A stretch of 63,549 nt of DNA from an uncultured Gammaproteobacteria bacterium (GTDB lineage: Bacteria > Patescibacteriota > Patescibacteriia > UBA11705), in the NCBI GenBank assembly GCA_964413735.1, contig CAYPSS010000001.1:246149-309697 (forward strand), given 5' to 3'. This document shows positions 1 to 7,912 of the stretch, piece by piece; the stretch's first letter is position 1, and each line of letters starts with the position of its first letter. The notes beneath the pieces were generated by a model, which saw nothing but the letters and a program-made list of their open reading frames with translations, did not search any database and had not been told where the DNA came from. The translations under genes and the position numbers were made by a program.

Positions 1-225
1 GTTTGCTCGCTTCAGCCATTATAATGATAAAAAATGGTCGGGCTGAGAGGACTTGGTCGCGCCTCTCATCTCGTTCCCTCGACTCGGGCTGACCACCGCC
101 TCGCGACTTCGCTCGCCCAATTGCTCGCTACGTATCGCTCCGGCGTTCAACTCCTCACGCGAGCAAAACTGTTTGCTCGCTTCAGCCATTATAATGATAA
201 AAAATGGTCGGGCTGAGAGGACTTG
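1..225. repeat. 55-bp direct repeat (1-55 = 171-225, period 170 bp) containing the 21-nt 3' end of tRNA-Pro
   Basis: Identical gtttgctcgcttcagccattataatgataaaaaatggtcgggctgagaggacttg at both positions; the first copy is cut by the window edge. Confidence 0.95.
159..180 (-). terminator. Hairpin downstream of tRNA-Pro
   Basis: gcgagcaaa-actg-tttgctcgc, perfect 9-bp stem. Confidence 0.55.
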
Positions 226-280
226 AACCTCCGGCCTCATCGTCCCGAACGATGCGCGCTACCAACTGCGCTACAGCCCG
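205..280 (-). tRNA. tRNA-Pro(CGG)
   Basis: Reverse complement CGGGCTGTAGCGCAGTTGGTAGCGCGCATCGTTCGGGACGATGAGGCCGGAGGTTCAAGTCCTCTCAGCCCGACCA folds as a cloverleaf; anticodon CGG, encoded CCA. Confidence 0.97.
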
Positions 281-355
281 CCGAAATATTTCTCACTAGA
301 TTATAGCAGAAAATATATTTTTTTCAAGGTTAAAAGATAGATTCCAAAAGGGGTT

Positions 356-1639
356 TCACTTAGAGAAATATTTTTTTTCCAGCTCGGAACGAAGGAGGTT
401 ACGCACCTTGTTTCTTAGCCAAAAAGGGGTTGGTAAAATATCTATCACTTCTTGGCCCTCTCTGACTTTGGTAATAGCTTGAGCGATTTGTTTGGCATCT
501 TGATTTTCCACTGAATATTCAAATAATAAAATAATCTCAATCAATTCATCTAAGTTTTTGGCGCGCTGGCATTTTTTTTCTAACCGAGATTGTGATTCAA
601 AAATTGTTTCAGTTTCCGTTAAACGAAAGTTTTCATATCTGGTGATTAGATTCATAACTGCAGTTCGTAAACCGCCAGCGGTGGTAATGGCCGTTAATCG
701 CAACACACTGCTTCTTACATAGTTGATAATTTTTTTTAAGAAAACAGTGGGAAATTCCTGGGTGCTTCCGGTTATTGTTTTCGTTTGGTCAAGCATAGTG
801 AAAAGTTCCGGAAAGCTTTTGGCTTGAGTGAAATCAGGTATAGCTTCTGATGTTTCAGATTCGGCTGATTCAGATAGCCTTAATCTTTCAATATCGTAAA
901 TTAATAAAGTACGATTATCCGGTTTACCGCTATGATCGATCATCATATTTTGTGTAGCCTCGGCAATTATTTCCATGGCTTGGACAGGTGTTTTGCCATG
1001 AAGCAGTTCGACTAGCTCTTCGTTATCAAGATTATCAGTTATGCCATCAGATGCCACGATAATACGATCACCAATTTCAATGTAGGTGCGACTAATCGTG
1101 GTTCGACCAAAATCAGATCCTTGTACACAGTTGTACACTGAATGTCCTTGCCCCTCATCTCTGGTAGTAAATTTTATTTCATCGTTTTTATTAATAATTA
1201 AGAGCCTGACATCACCGGCTTGAACAATTTCCATTTCTGTATCTTTAATTCTAAATGCAATATAACAAGCGCCATTACGACCCAAATTACTTTTTTTCAT
1301 TAATTGGGCTGCGCGGTGTTGAATTTCTTTGAATGTTAAATTGGATACAAAACCACTTTGCAATTGTTCGGCCAAAATTTGGGCGGCTTGATCGCCAAAG
1401 TCATAACCTCCCATGCCATCAATCACTGCAAAAGCATTTTTATTGGTATTAATTACTAAACGATCTTCATTGCGATTTTTGTAATTGAATCCCTCATCAG
1501 TTCCGAAAATTAAAGAGCCATTTTCCCCCTGTATTAAACGAGGTTCATTCATTCGATCAAATGGAATATCGTTAAAATTGTCAAATAAAGATATTTTTTC
1601 TTTTTTTGGGGTATTTGCTGGAGGTTGTTCATGTGGCAT
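356..1639 (-). CDS. PP2C/PrpC-family Ser/Thr phosphatase with a C-terminal twice-repeated helical domain
   Basis: PP2C motifs AVIDGMGG, QAGDVR, IIVASDGITD, DNRT; about 150-aa C-terminal extension with two related segments. Confidence 0.8.
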   Translation of the reverse strand: MPHEQPPANTPKKEKISLFDNFNDIPFDRMNEPRLIQGENGSLIFGTDEGFNYKNRNEDRLVINTNKNAFAVIDGMGGYDFGDQAAQILAEQLQSGFVSNLTFKEIQHRAAQLMKKSNLGRNGACYIAFRIKDTEMEIVQAGDVRLLIINKNDEIKFTTRDEGQGHSVYNCVQGSDFGRTTISRTYIEIGDRIIVASDGITDNLDNEELVELLHGKTPVQAMEIIAEATQNMMIDHSGKPDNRTLLIYDIERLRLSESAESETSEAIPDFTQAKSFPELFTMLDQTKTITGSTQEFPTVFLKKIINYVRSSVLRLTAITTAGGLRTAVMNLITRYENFRLTETETIFESQSRLEKKCQRAKNLDELIEIILLFEYSVENQDAKQIAQAITKVREGQEVIDILPTPFWLRNKVRNLLRSELEKKYFSK

Positions 1640-1737
1640 AAATTTATGGTTAGATATTTACATTTTAGCGCAAATTTAAGTTTTTGTTAATTATTTTCAT
1701 AAAATAAAAAAGCCCCGATGAAGGGGCTGATTTTCTA

Positions 1738-2331
1738 TTACTCGGTTAACCCGTCTAAATTTACATCGTAAAGAATTTGTTCTTGGACTAATCGGTAATT
1801 GACAATTTCTTCCGGTTTAAACCACAAATTAATTTCTCTTTCCGCTTCACTTACTTGATCGGAGCAATGGATTAAATTTCGAACGGCGCGTTCATCAAAT
1901 CCGGCTAATTGATACGAATCTAAGGTTAAATCACCGCGAATGGTTCCTACATCTGAAGTTAAAGGTTCAGTTCCACCAACAATTTTTTTCACAATTCCAA
2001 CCGCTTGATTGCCTTCAATCACCATGGCCAATACCGGGCCGGAAGTCATGAATTTCACTAATTGATTGATAATATCTTTGCCATATTCAAGGGCTGATTT
2101 TTCAATCGGTTGTCCGGCGGATTGACGATTTTCAATAATTTTTGCGCCTTTGCTTTCAAACCAAGTGTTATCTTTATTATAATGTTTCCAACAAAGATCT
2201 TCCGATGGAATAATGAATTTAAATCCCACAAATTTCAACCCTACTCTTTCAAAACGTTTGATAATTTCTCCAACCAGAGAGCGTTGAATGCCATCCGGTT
2301 TAATGGCCACAAAAGTTCTTTCTTTTTTCAT
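1738..2331 (-). CDS. ndk: Nucleoside diphosphate kinase
   Basis: RTFVAIKPDG, FMTSGPV, GTIRGD, RNLIHCSD motifs. Confidence 0.95.
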   Translation of the reverse strand: MKKERTFVAIKPDGIQRSLVGEIIKRFERVGLKFVGFKFIIPSEDLCWKHYNKDNTWFESKGAKIIENRQSAGQPIEKSALEYGKDIINQLVKFMTSGPVLAMVIEGNQAVGIVKKIVGGTEPLTSDVGTIRGDLTLDSYQLAGFDERAVRNLIHCSDQVSEAEREINLWFKPEEIVNYRLVQEQILYDVNLDGLTE

Positions 2332-2389
2332 ACTTTAATGATTATTATTTTGTCCAAATTATAGCACAAAAAATGGTTTTGTAAAGTGA

Positions 2390-3232
2390 TTAATTTACGG
2401 GTAAAAATATTTTTTCACTGTCGCTTTTCAGGGTGATTGTAGCGCTGTTTATGGTGTTAAAGATTTTTATATTATATCTTTCTAATCTTCTAACAGTAAT
2501 TAAATGCGGATGGTTAAAAGAATTATCCTGTCCGGCACTGATAATAGCATATTGCGGTTGAACTATTTTAATAAATTCTTCGCTGGTTGAACTTTTTGAT
2601 CCATGGTGTCCGATTTTGATCACATTTGATTGTAATTCGAAGTTTTGATTTAATAATTCCTCTTCTACCGGTGTTTCAGCATCGCCCATAAATAAAAATT
2701 TTGTATTCCCATAAGTCAATAAGTTTACAATTGACGTATTGTTTAATTCTTCTGCTTTTTTGAAACTGAAATCTTGTAGAGGATAAAGAAAATCCAATAA
2801 AATATTATTATCTAAAAGCAAATTAATTGGTTTAGTCACCAGGATGGTTTTTATTTGTTGATTTTCAACTTCTTTCAACCAAGCTAAATAATCGGGCGCG
2901 GTATGTAAAACTCCGGTATGATAAATTGTTTTTACATTATAACGACGCAAGACCTCGACTAAGCCAACTACATGATCAGCATGCGGATGGGTCAAGATCA
3001 TTATATCAATGTTATGATCCCAAAAAGGCATGACTTGGCCCAGCTCATTTAAGATTTTGTTGTTCGGCCCGCCATCAATTAAAATTTTGGTATTTTGCGG
3101 TGTGGTTATAAAAATGGCATCCCCTTGATCAACATCGAGAAAATGAATGGTCAAATTTTCATTGTCATAATTAACGGTGCAACCACAAAAAGTGAAACAA
3201 ATAACAATTAGTAAAAGTAATATTTTTTTCAT
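2390..3232 (-). CDS. ComEC/Rec2-type metallo-beta-lactamase-fold protein, probable lipoprotein
   Basis: FLDVDQGDA, IDGGP, THPHADH, FMGDAE, KIGHHGS motifs; N-terminal signal ending FCGC. Confidence 0.9.
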   Translation of the reverse strand: MKKILLLLIVICFTFCGCTVNYDNENLTIHFLDVDQGDAIFITTPQNTKILIDGGPNNKILNELGQVMPFWDHNIDIMILTHPHADHVVGLVEVLRRYNVKTIYHTGVLHTAPDYLAWLKEVENQQIKTILVTKPINLLLDNNILLDFLYPLQDFSFKKAEELNNTSIVNLLTYGNTKFLFMGDAETPVEEELLNQNFELQSNVIKIGHHGSKSSTSEEFIKIVQPQYAIISAGQDNSFNHPHLITVRRLERYNIKIFNTINSATITLKSDSEKIFLPVN

Positions 3233-4575
3233 AAATTAATTGAGGAAAATTCAAATTGAGCTAAAAAATTAACTATTGTAATTATATATTGTAATACCGT
3301 ATAAGTTAAATATCCAAAGGTTGTTCCTATGGGGATCCAAAACATGCCTAAAATTACTTGGATAAAGCCGAGGAGCATTGCCAAGGGTATGGCCGGTAAA
3401 ATTAGAATGTTAGTTATCGGGGCAATCAAAGAGATGCGCCCAAATTGATAAATTATCAATGGGGCGGTTAAAATTGTGGCCGATAGGGTGGAAACCAAGT
3501 TTTCTTGCAAAGAGAAAAATTTAGGGACAAATTCAAAGTATGGTTTAATTTTTTCACTTAAATAAATTAATCCTATGGTAGCCAAAAAAGACAGTTGAAA
3601 ACCAACATCGAATTTTAAAATTAGGGGATTGTGTAAAAGCATAACAAAAGCGGTTAAAGCTAAGACATTGTTTATTTTTGCCGGTCGCCCGATTTGTTTG
3701 GCCAATAAAACAATTATTCCCATAATCGCGGAACGAACTACCGCCGCACTCATGCCAACAAAAATCGTGAAAATGGTGATACCAAGCACCATGAATTTGA
3801 ACGCCTTTTTGCGATTAATATTAAATCCCAAACAAATATTCATAAACATGGTGGCAATAATGGTTATGTTATAACCGGAAATGGCAATAATATGAGTAAC
3901 GCCATTGCGATTGAAGCTTTCCATTAAATTATTGGGAATTCCTTTGCGTGCGCCAATTAACAAACCTGACAAAAAAGCGGCGTGTGGTTCGGTAATGGTT
4001 TTATTGATTGTTTGTTGGGTATGCTTTTTGAATTGCAGAATCCACTTCATAATAAGGTTGCCTTGATTGAGCTCTAAAACCTCAATTTTGGGAGAATAGC
4101 AAACGGAATAAACATTATAACGTGCCAAATATTGCCCATAATCAAAGTCATCAATTTTGTTTGGTGTTTTAAGAAAACAGGATATTTTTATTTTTGTTCC
4201 ATATTCATAACTTGGATAAAGCGGAGTTTTAACCAGTACTTTGCCTTGCCAAGGAGTTTGAGTGTTAATTGTTAATTTGGTATGATCTAGTCTTTCGTCA
4301 ATTTCAGTAATAATGGCGATAAATTCAGTTTTATTTTCATTGGCATAATAGATGTGGTTGGCAGGTAATGGTTCGTTGATGATTGCCAGTCGCCATAATC
4401 CGAAAAATAAAAAAAATATGATTAGTAAGATAATTTCTCGAGTGAGTAAATATAATGGAAAACATATGAAAATAATAATTAAGCATATTAATGGGTTTAA
4501 GAATAAAAAACCATTTAGAAAAACACCTAATATAAAAGCGGTTAAACAAAGAAATAGTTTTTTTGATTTTGGCAT
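3229..4575 (-). CDS. comEC: ComEC competence membrane channel (DUF4131 plus Competence domain)
   Basis: GVTHIIAISGYNI, AAVVRSAIM, DVGFQLSFLAT motifs; multi-TM; overlaps the MBL gene by 4 nt. Confidence 0.92.
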   Translation of the reverse strand: MPKSKKLFLCLTAFILGVFLNGFLFLNPLICLIIIFICFPLYLLTREIILLIIFFLFFGLWRLAIINEPLPANHIYYANENKTEFIAIITEIDERLDHTKLTINTQTPWQGKVLVKTPLYPSYEYGTKIKISCFLKTPNKIDDFDYGQYLARYNVYSVCYSPKIEVLELNQGNLIMKWILQFKKHTQQTINKTITEPHAAFLSGLLIGARKGIPNNLMESFNRNGVTHIIAISGYNITIIATMFMNICLGFNINRKKAFKFMVLGITIFTIFVGMSAAVVRSAIMGIIVLLAKQIGRPAKINNVLALTAFVMLLHNPLILKFDVGFQLSFLATIGLIYLSEKIKPYFEFVPKFFSLQENLVSTLSATILTAPLIIYQFGRISLIAPITNILILPAIPLAMLLGFIQVILGMFWIPIGTTFGYLTYTVLQYIITIVNFLAQFEFSSINL

Positions 4576-4726
4576 TTTAAATAAACTCCATTATAAATAC
4601 ATTTTAATAATAAAAAAATGGATATTCTATATTTTTGTTATCCACTTTTGAAAAATATTTACTTATTATTAAATTATTTGTAATTTATCACAAAAGAATT
4701 GTTGAGCAAATATAACATCATAATAT

Positions 4727-4843
4727 AAAAAATCGCCAGTCAATGGCGTTTTAATTGATACGAAGAATCAAAGTCGCGCTGTTTATCGGCCAATTAAGCA
4801 TGGGCGGACAAATTTGCGACTTGACCCTTCATATCATTGGAAA
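4727..4843 (-). ncRNA. Candidate stand-alone small RNA (about 113 nt, long rod-like hairpin)
   Basis: Consensus TTGACA-16-TATAAT promoter directly upstream, 79-nt irregular hairpin 4757-4835, terminator 4727-4752, no ORF. Confidence 0.5.
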
Positions 4844-4845
4844 CG

Positions 4846-4873
4846 ATTATAGCAAATAAAAAATATTTGTCAA
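4846..4873 (-). promoter_or_regulatory. sigma70 promoter, TTGACA-N16-TATAAT
   Basis: Plus strand tgtcaa 4868-4873 and attata 4846-4851. Confidence 0.75.
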
Positions 4874-4876
4874 GAG

Positions 4877-5884
4877 TCAAGATTTGAGATTTCTCATGAA
4901 TCGATAAATCCCATAAATAACCGGTGAATAAATCTTCTCATAAGTCCCCAAATACTCGGTAATTTCCGCGTTAGGGGAAAATCCCATTTTGAATTTGGTA
5001 AAGCCAAACCAGTTTTGTTCTCGGCCGGTAGCATCGGGTGGAGCCGCGCCCCAGAAGTCATAGTCCCAATAATCATTTTGTTTGGCGTCTTTGATGGCCG
5101 ACCATTGTAACAGATGAGGCGCCATTATAGCTCGAAATTCATAATCAGAGGCACCAAACAGGTAAGTGGCGGTATGATTCCAGAAGATCATAATATTGGC
5201 CGCAATATATTGTCCGTTATATTTTGCTAAATATAGATTAACAAAAGGTAGGTTTAGAAGTTCTTTGAAATATTTTTCTCCAAAAAGAGTTATTTGTTGG
5301 CGATCAGTAGTTTTTTTTAATAGCTCATTGAATTCTTTGAATTTCGTGTTATCAATTTCAATGACTACGCCTTTTTTTTCCGCTAAACGAATATTGTAAC
5401 GTGTTTTGGGATGCATTTGATTTAATAATTCTTCAGTTGATTTATGTAAATTCAAAATCAAAGTATGACGCGGTTGAATATCGCGAGCGGATTTCTCAAA
5501 ACCCAAGTAATTATATGTTTCCAGCATCTGAAAATTATTTGTTTGTGGGTCGCATTGAAAATAAATGGCTTTTTCTTGTTTTGCCAGTTTATTTATTTCT
5601 GACATTATTAATTCAAAAGTTTTTTTGATTGGAGCATTGTCAGATAATACCGGACCTTTGGGAGCGTAAAGAATTTTGAAATTACCTTTTATTTTTGATA
5701 CAAACAAAAAAACAACCGCTTGCCAGTGATTGTCATTTTCCACCACTAAACGATAAATTTTTTCTTTTTGCGTGGCCATGAAATCAGCCCAGTCCCAAGA
5801 TTGCAAAAATGTTCCGGTTTCATTTTTCTTGATAAATTTGTTCCAATTTGATTGATCCTGTGTGGTTGCTTGTCTAATCATCAT
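4877..5884 (-). CDS. FemABX-family peptidoglycan bridge aminoacyltransferase (lipid II:amino acid ligase)
   Basis: FLQSWDW, YAPKGPV, KTRYNIRLAEKKGV, TYLFGAS, YDFWG, FTKFKMGF motifs. Confidence 0.9.
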   Translation of the reverse strand: MMIRQATTQDQSNWNKFIKKNETGTFLQSWDWADFMATQKEKIYRLVVENDNHWQAVVFLFVSKIKGNFKILYAPKGPVLSDNAPIKKTFELIMSEINKLAKQEKAIYFQCDPQTNNFQMLETYNYLGFEKSARDIQPRHTLILNLHKSTEELLNQMHPKTRYNIRLAEKKGVVIEIDNTKFKEFNELLKKTTDRQQITLFGEKYFKELLNLPFVNLYLAKYNGQYIAANIMIFWNHTATYLFGASDYEFRAIMAPHLLQWSAIKDAKQNDYWDYDFWGAAPPDATGREQNWFGFTKFKMGFSPNAEITEYLGTYEKIYSPVIYGIYRFMRNLKS

Positions 5885-5887
5885 AAA

Positions 5888-6466
5888 TTAATGACTGAGA
5901 AATTTTAAGGCTTCACGAACGCGTTCTTCCAGTTTATTGATATCAGGAGAAACTTTTTTCAGGGCCTCACGCGCTTGGTTAGCCGGATAGCCCAAAGAGG
6001 TGAGTGCTTCCATGGCATCGCTATCAATGGTTAATTCATCTTTTGATTTTATATTAATACCCACCAAGCCCTCAAGTTTGTTTTTCAGTTCCAAAACAAT
6101 GCGATCGGCGGTTTTACCACCAATGCCGGAAACTTTTTTCAAAATTGACGAATCACCATGAATAATAGCAGACTTAATGTCATTACCGGAAGCTTCGGAG
6201 AAAATTGCTAGCGCGGTTTTCGGTCCTACACCGGAAACGGAAATTAATTTTTCAAAAAGTTGTAAATCCGCCAGATCAACAAAACCAAAAAGATCGCGTG
6301 CATCCTCTTTGATATTTTCAAAAGTGAAAAGTTCGATATTGTCATTTAATTGACTCTCATATAAAACTTTTTTGCTAACAAAAACTTTGTAACCCAAGTC
6401 AGCGTTTTTAATTATCACAGAAGATTCATTTTTGGCGATAATTTCGCCTTTAATATACGCAATCAT
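5888..6466 (-). CDS. ruvA: Holliday junction branch migration protein RuvA
   Basis: MIAYIKG, LFGF, LISVSGVGPKTAL, GIGGKTADRIVLELK, ALTSLGY. Confidence 0.96.
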   Translation of the reverse strand: MIAYIKGEIIAKNESSVIIKNADLGYKVFVSKKVLYESQLNDNIELFTFENIKEDARDLFGFVDLADLQLFEKLISVSGVGPKTALAIFSEASGNDIKSAIIHGDSSILKKVSGIGGKTADRIVLELKNKLEGLVGINIKSKDELTIDSDAMEALTSLGYPANQAREALKKVSPDINKLEERVREALKFLSH

Positions 6467-6505
6467 ATATTAATATTTTACTTGATAATGAAAAACAAAA
6501 CAACT

Positions 6506-7714
6506 TTATTTTATTTTTCGTCGAATAATACTCATGGGTGGGAGTTTTTCTTTGAGCGGAATTAGAACTTCGGTAATTTGTCCGCCATGTGCTTCGGTTA
6601 GTGGCTGTTGTTTGCTATCAAGTAAATTGGTAAGCCAATGAGTAATAGTTTTGCCGTGTGGCACAATAATTTCCAAGTGATCATTAAGTCTGATAGTATT
6701 GTGAACGCGAACACGAGCTTGACCATGATCATAAGACAAAACCTCACCACAAAATTCCCACGGCACATTTTCATGGGCTGAATTAATTCTTTGTTCTACA
6801 GTTTCTTTTCCTAAAATAAATCCAGTGGTAAAGCCACGATATTGGGCTTTTTTTAATTCTTCTACTAATAGTTTTTTGTTGCTTCGTGGATTATCCATTG
6901 CTTGGCGATAAGCGTGAATCGTATTGGCTAAATAATAAATACTTTTGGCCCGACCTTCAATTTTAAAAGACGAGACACCAGCTTTTTTTAATTGTTCCAA
7001 ATATTCAATTAAACAAAGATCCTTGGAGTTCATGATATAGGTTCCGTGTTGATCTTCTTCAATCGGGAAATGTGCGCCCGGGCGATTGGTTTCTTCCAAA
7101 TAAACATTATAATCCCAGCGACAAGGTTGTGAACAATCCCCAAGGTTGGCGCTACGATCGGTCAGCCATTTGGACAAAATACAACGACCGGAATAAGCCA
7201 TGCACATGGCTCCATGCACAAAAGTTTCCAACTCCACTTTGGGAACTTTTTTATGAATTTCTTTGATGTCTTCCAGCGTGGTTTCGCGGGCTAAAATAAT
7301 TCTTTTTACTCCTTGATCAAACCAGAATTTAGCTGATTGCCAATTGGTACAGTTGGCTTGAGTGGACAAATGAATAATGGCTTTGGGCCAATATTTTTTT
7401 ATGACCAACAAAATGCCGGGATCCGAAACTATGAGAGCGTCCGGTTGTAAATCTTTTAATTTTTTTATGTAAGTCGGCAGTTTGTTTAAATGTTTTTTAT
7501 GCGGATAAATATTGATGGTCACATATACTTTTTTCTTTTGGGCGTGCGCCAAAATAATGCCTTTTTTCAAGTCATTAAGAGTAAAATCATTGATGCGATA
7601 ACGCAAAGAAAAATCCGGTAAACCGCAGTAAATCGCATCAGCGCCATAAGCCAATGCATATTTAAATTTTTTCAAATTGCCGGCCGGGGCCAACAGCTCG
7701 GGTTTTTTTGTCAT
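6506..7714 (-). CDS. Peptidase U32 family protein (TrhP/YegQ-like, tRNA hydroxylation type)
   Basis: PELLAPAG, HLSTQAN, FVHGAMCMAYSGRC, CSQPCRW, MNSKDLC, KIEGR. Confidence 0.9.
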   Translation of the reverse strand: MTKKPELLAPAGNLKKFKYALAYGADAIYCGLPDFSLRYRINDFTLNDLKKGIILAHAQKKKVYVTINIYPHKKHLNKLPTYIKKLKDLQPDALIVSDPGILLVIKKYWPKAIIHLSTQANCTNWQSAKFWFDQGVKRIILARETTLEDIKEIHKKVPKVELETFVHGAMCMAYSGRCILSKWLTDRSANLGDCSQPCRWDYNVYLEETNRPGAHFPIEEDQHGTYIMNSKDLCLIEYLEQLKKAGVSSFKIEGRAKSIYYLANTIHAYRQAMDNPRSNKKLLVEELKKAQYRGFTTGFILGKETVEQRINSAHENVPWEFCGEVLSYDHGQARVRVHNTIRLNDHLEIIVPHGKTITHWLTNLLDSKQQPLTEAHGGQITEVLIPLKEKLPPMSIIRRKIK

Positions 7715-7873
7715 ATAATAGACTAATTCTACAAAAAATTTATGGTTTTGGCAATAGCCATATTATTGTCTAAATATCTCTAATTTTAGACAAAAAAAAC
7801 AATTTTATCTAAAATTAGCCAATTTACCCTTGACTTTTTTCTTGAAACATGATAATATTATTGGTTCGCTTGG

Positions 7874-7886
7874 TGTTCTTTTACAA
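7874..7886 (+). promoter_or_regulatory. boxA-like leader motif (TGTTCTTTTACAA) between promoter and GGAGG
   Basis: Follows TTGACT-17-TAATAT; followed by a small hairpin and GGAGG; one of about 18 similar sites. Confidence 0.55.
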
Positions 7887-7912
7887 AGGCTTGAAAGCCT
7901 GGGAGGTTAATA

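Noticed and set aside
4757-4835. SRP (4.5S) RNA identity for the rod-shaped RNA
   Set aside because: It lacks the helix-8 GGAA tetraloop and the CAGG/GCAG internal loop, so it is kept only as an unnamed sRNA candidate.
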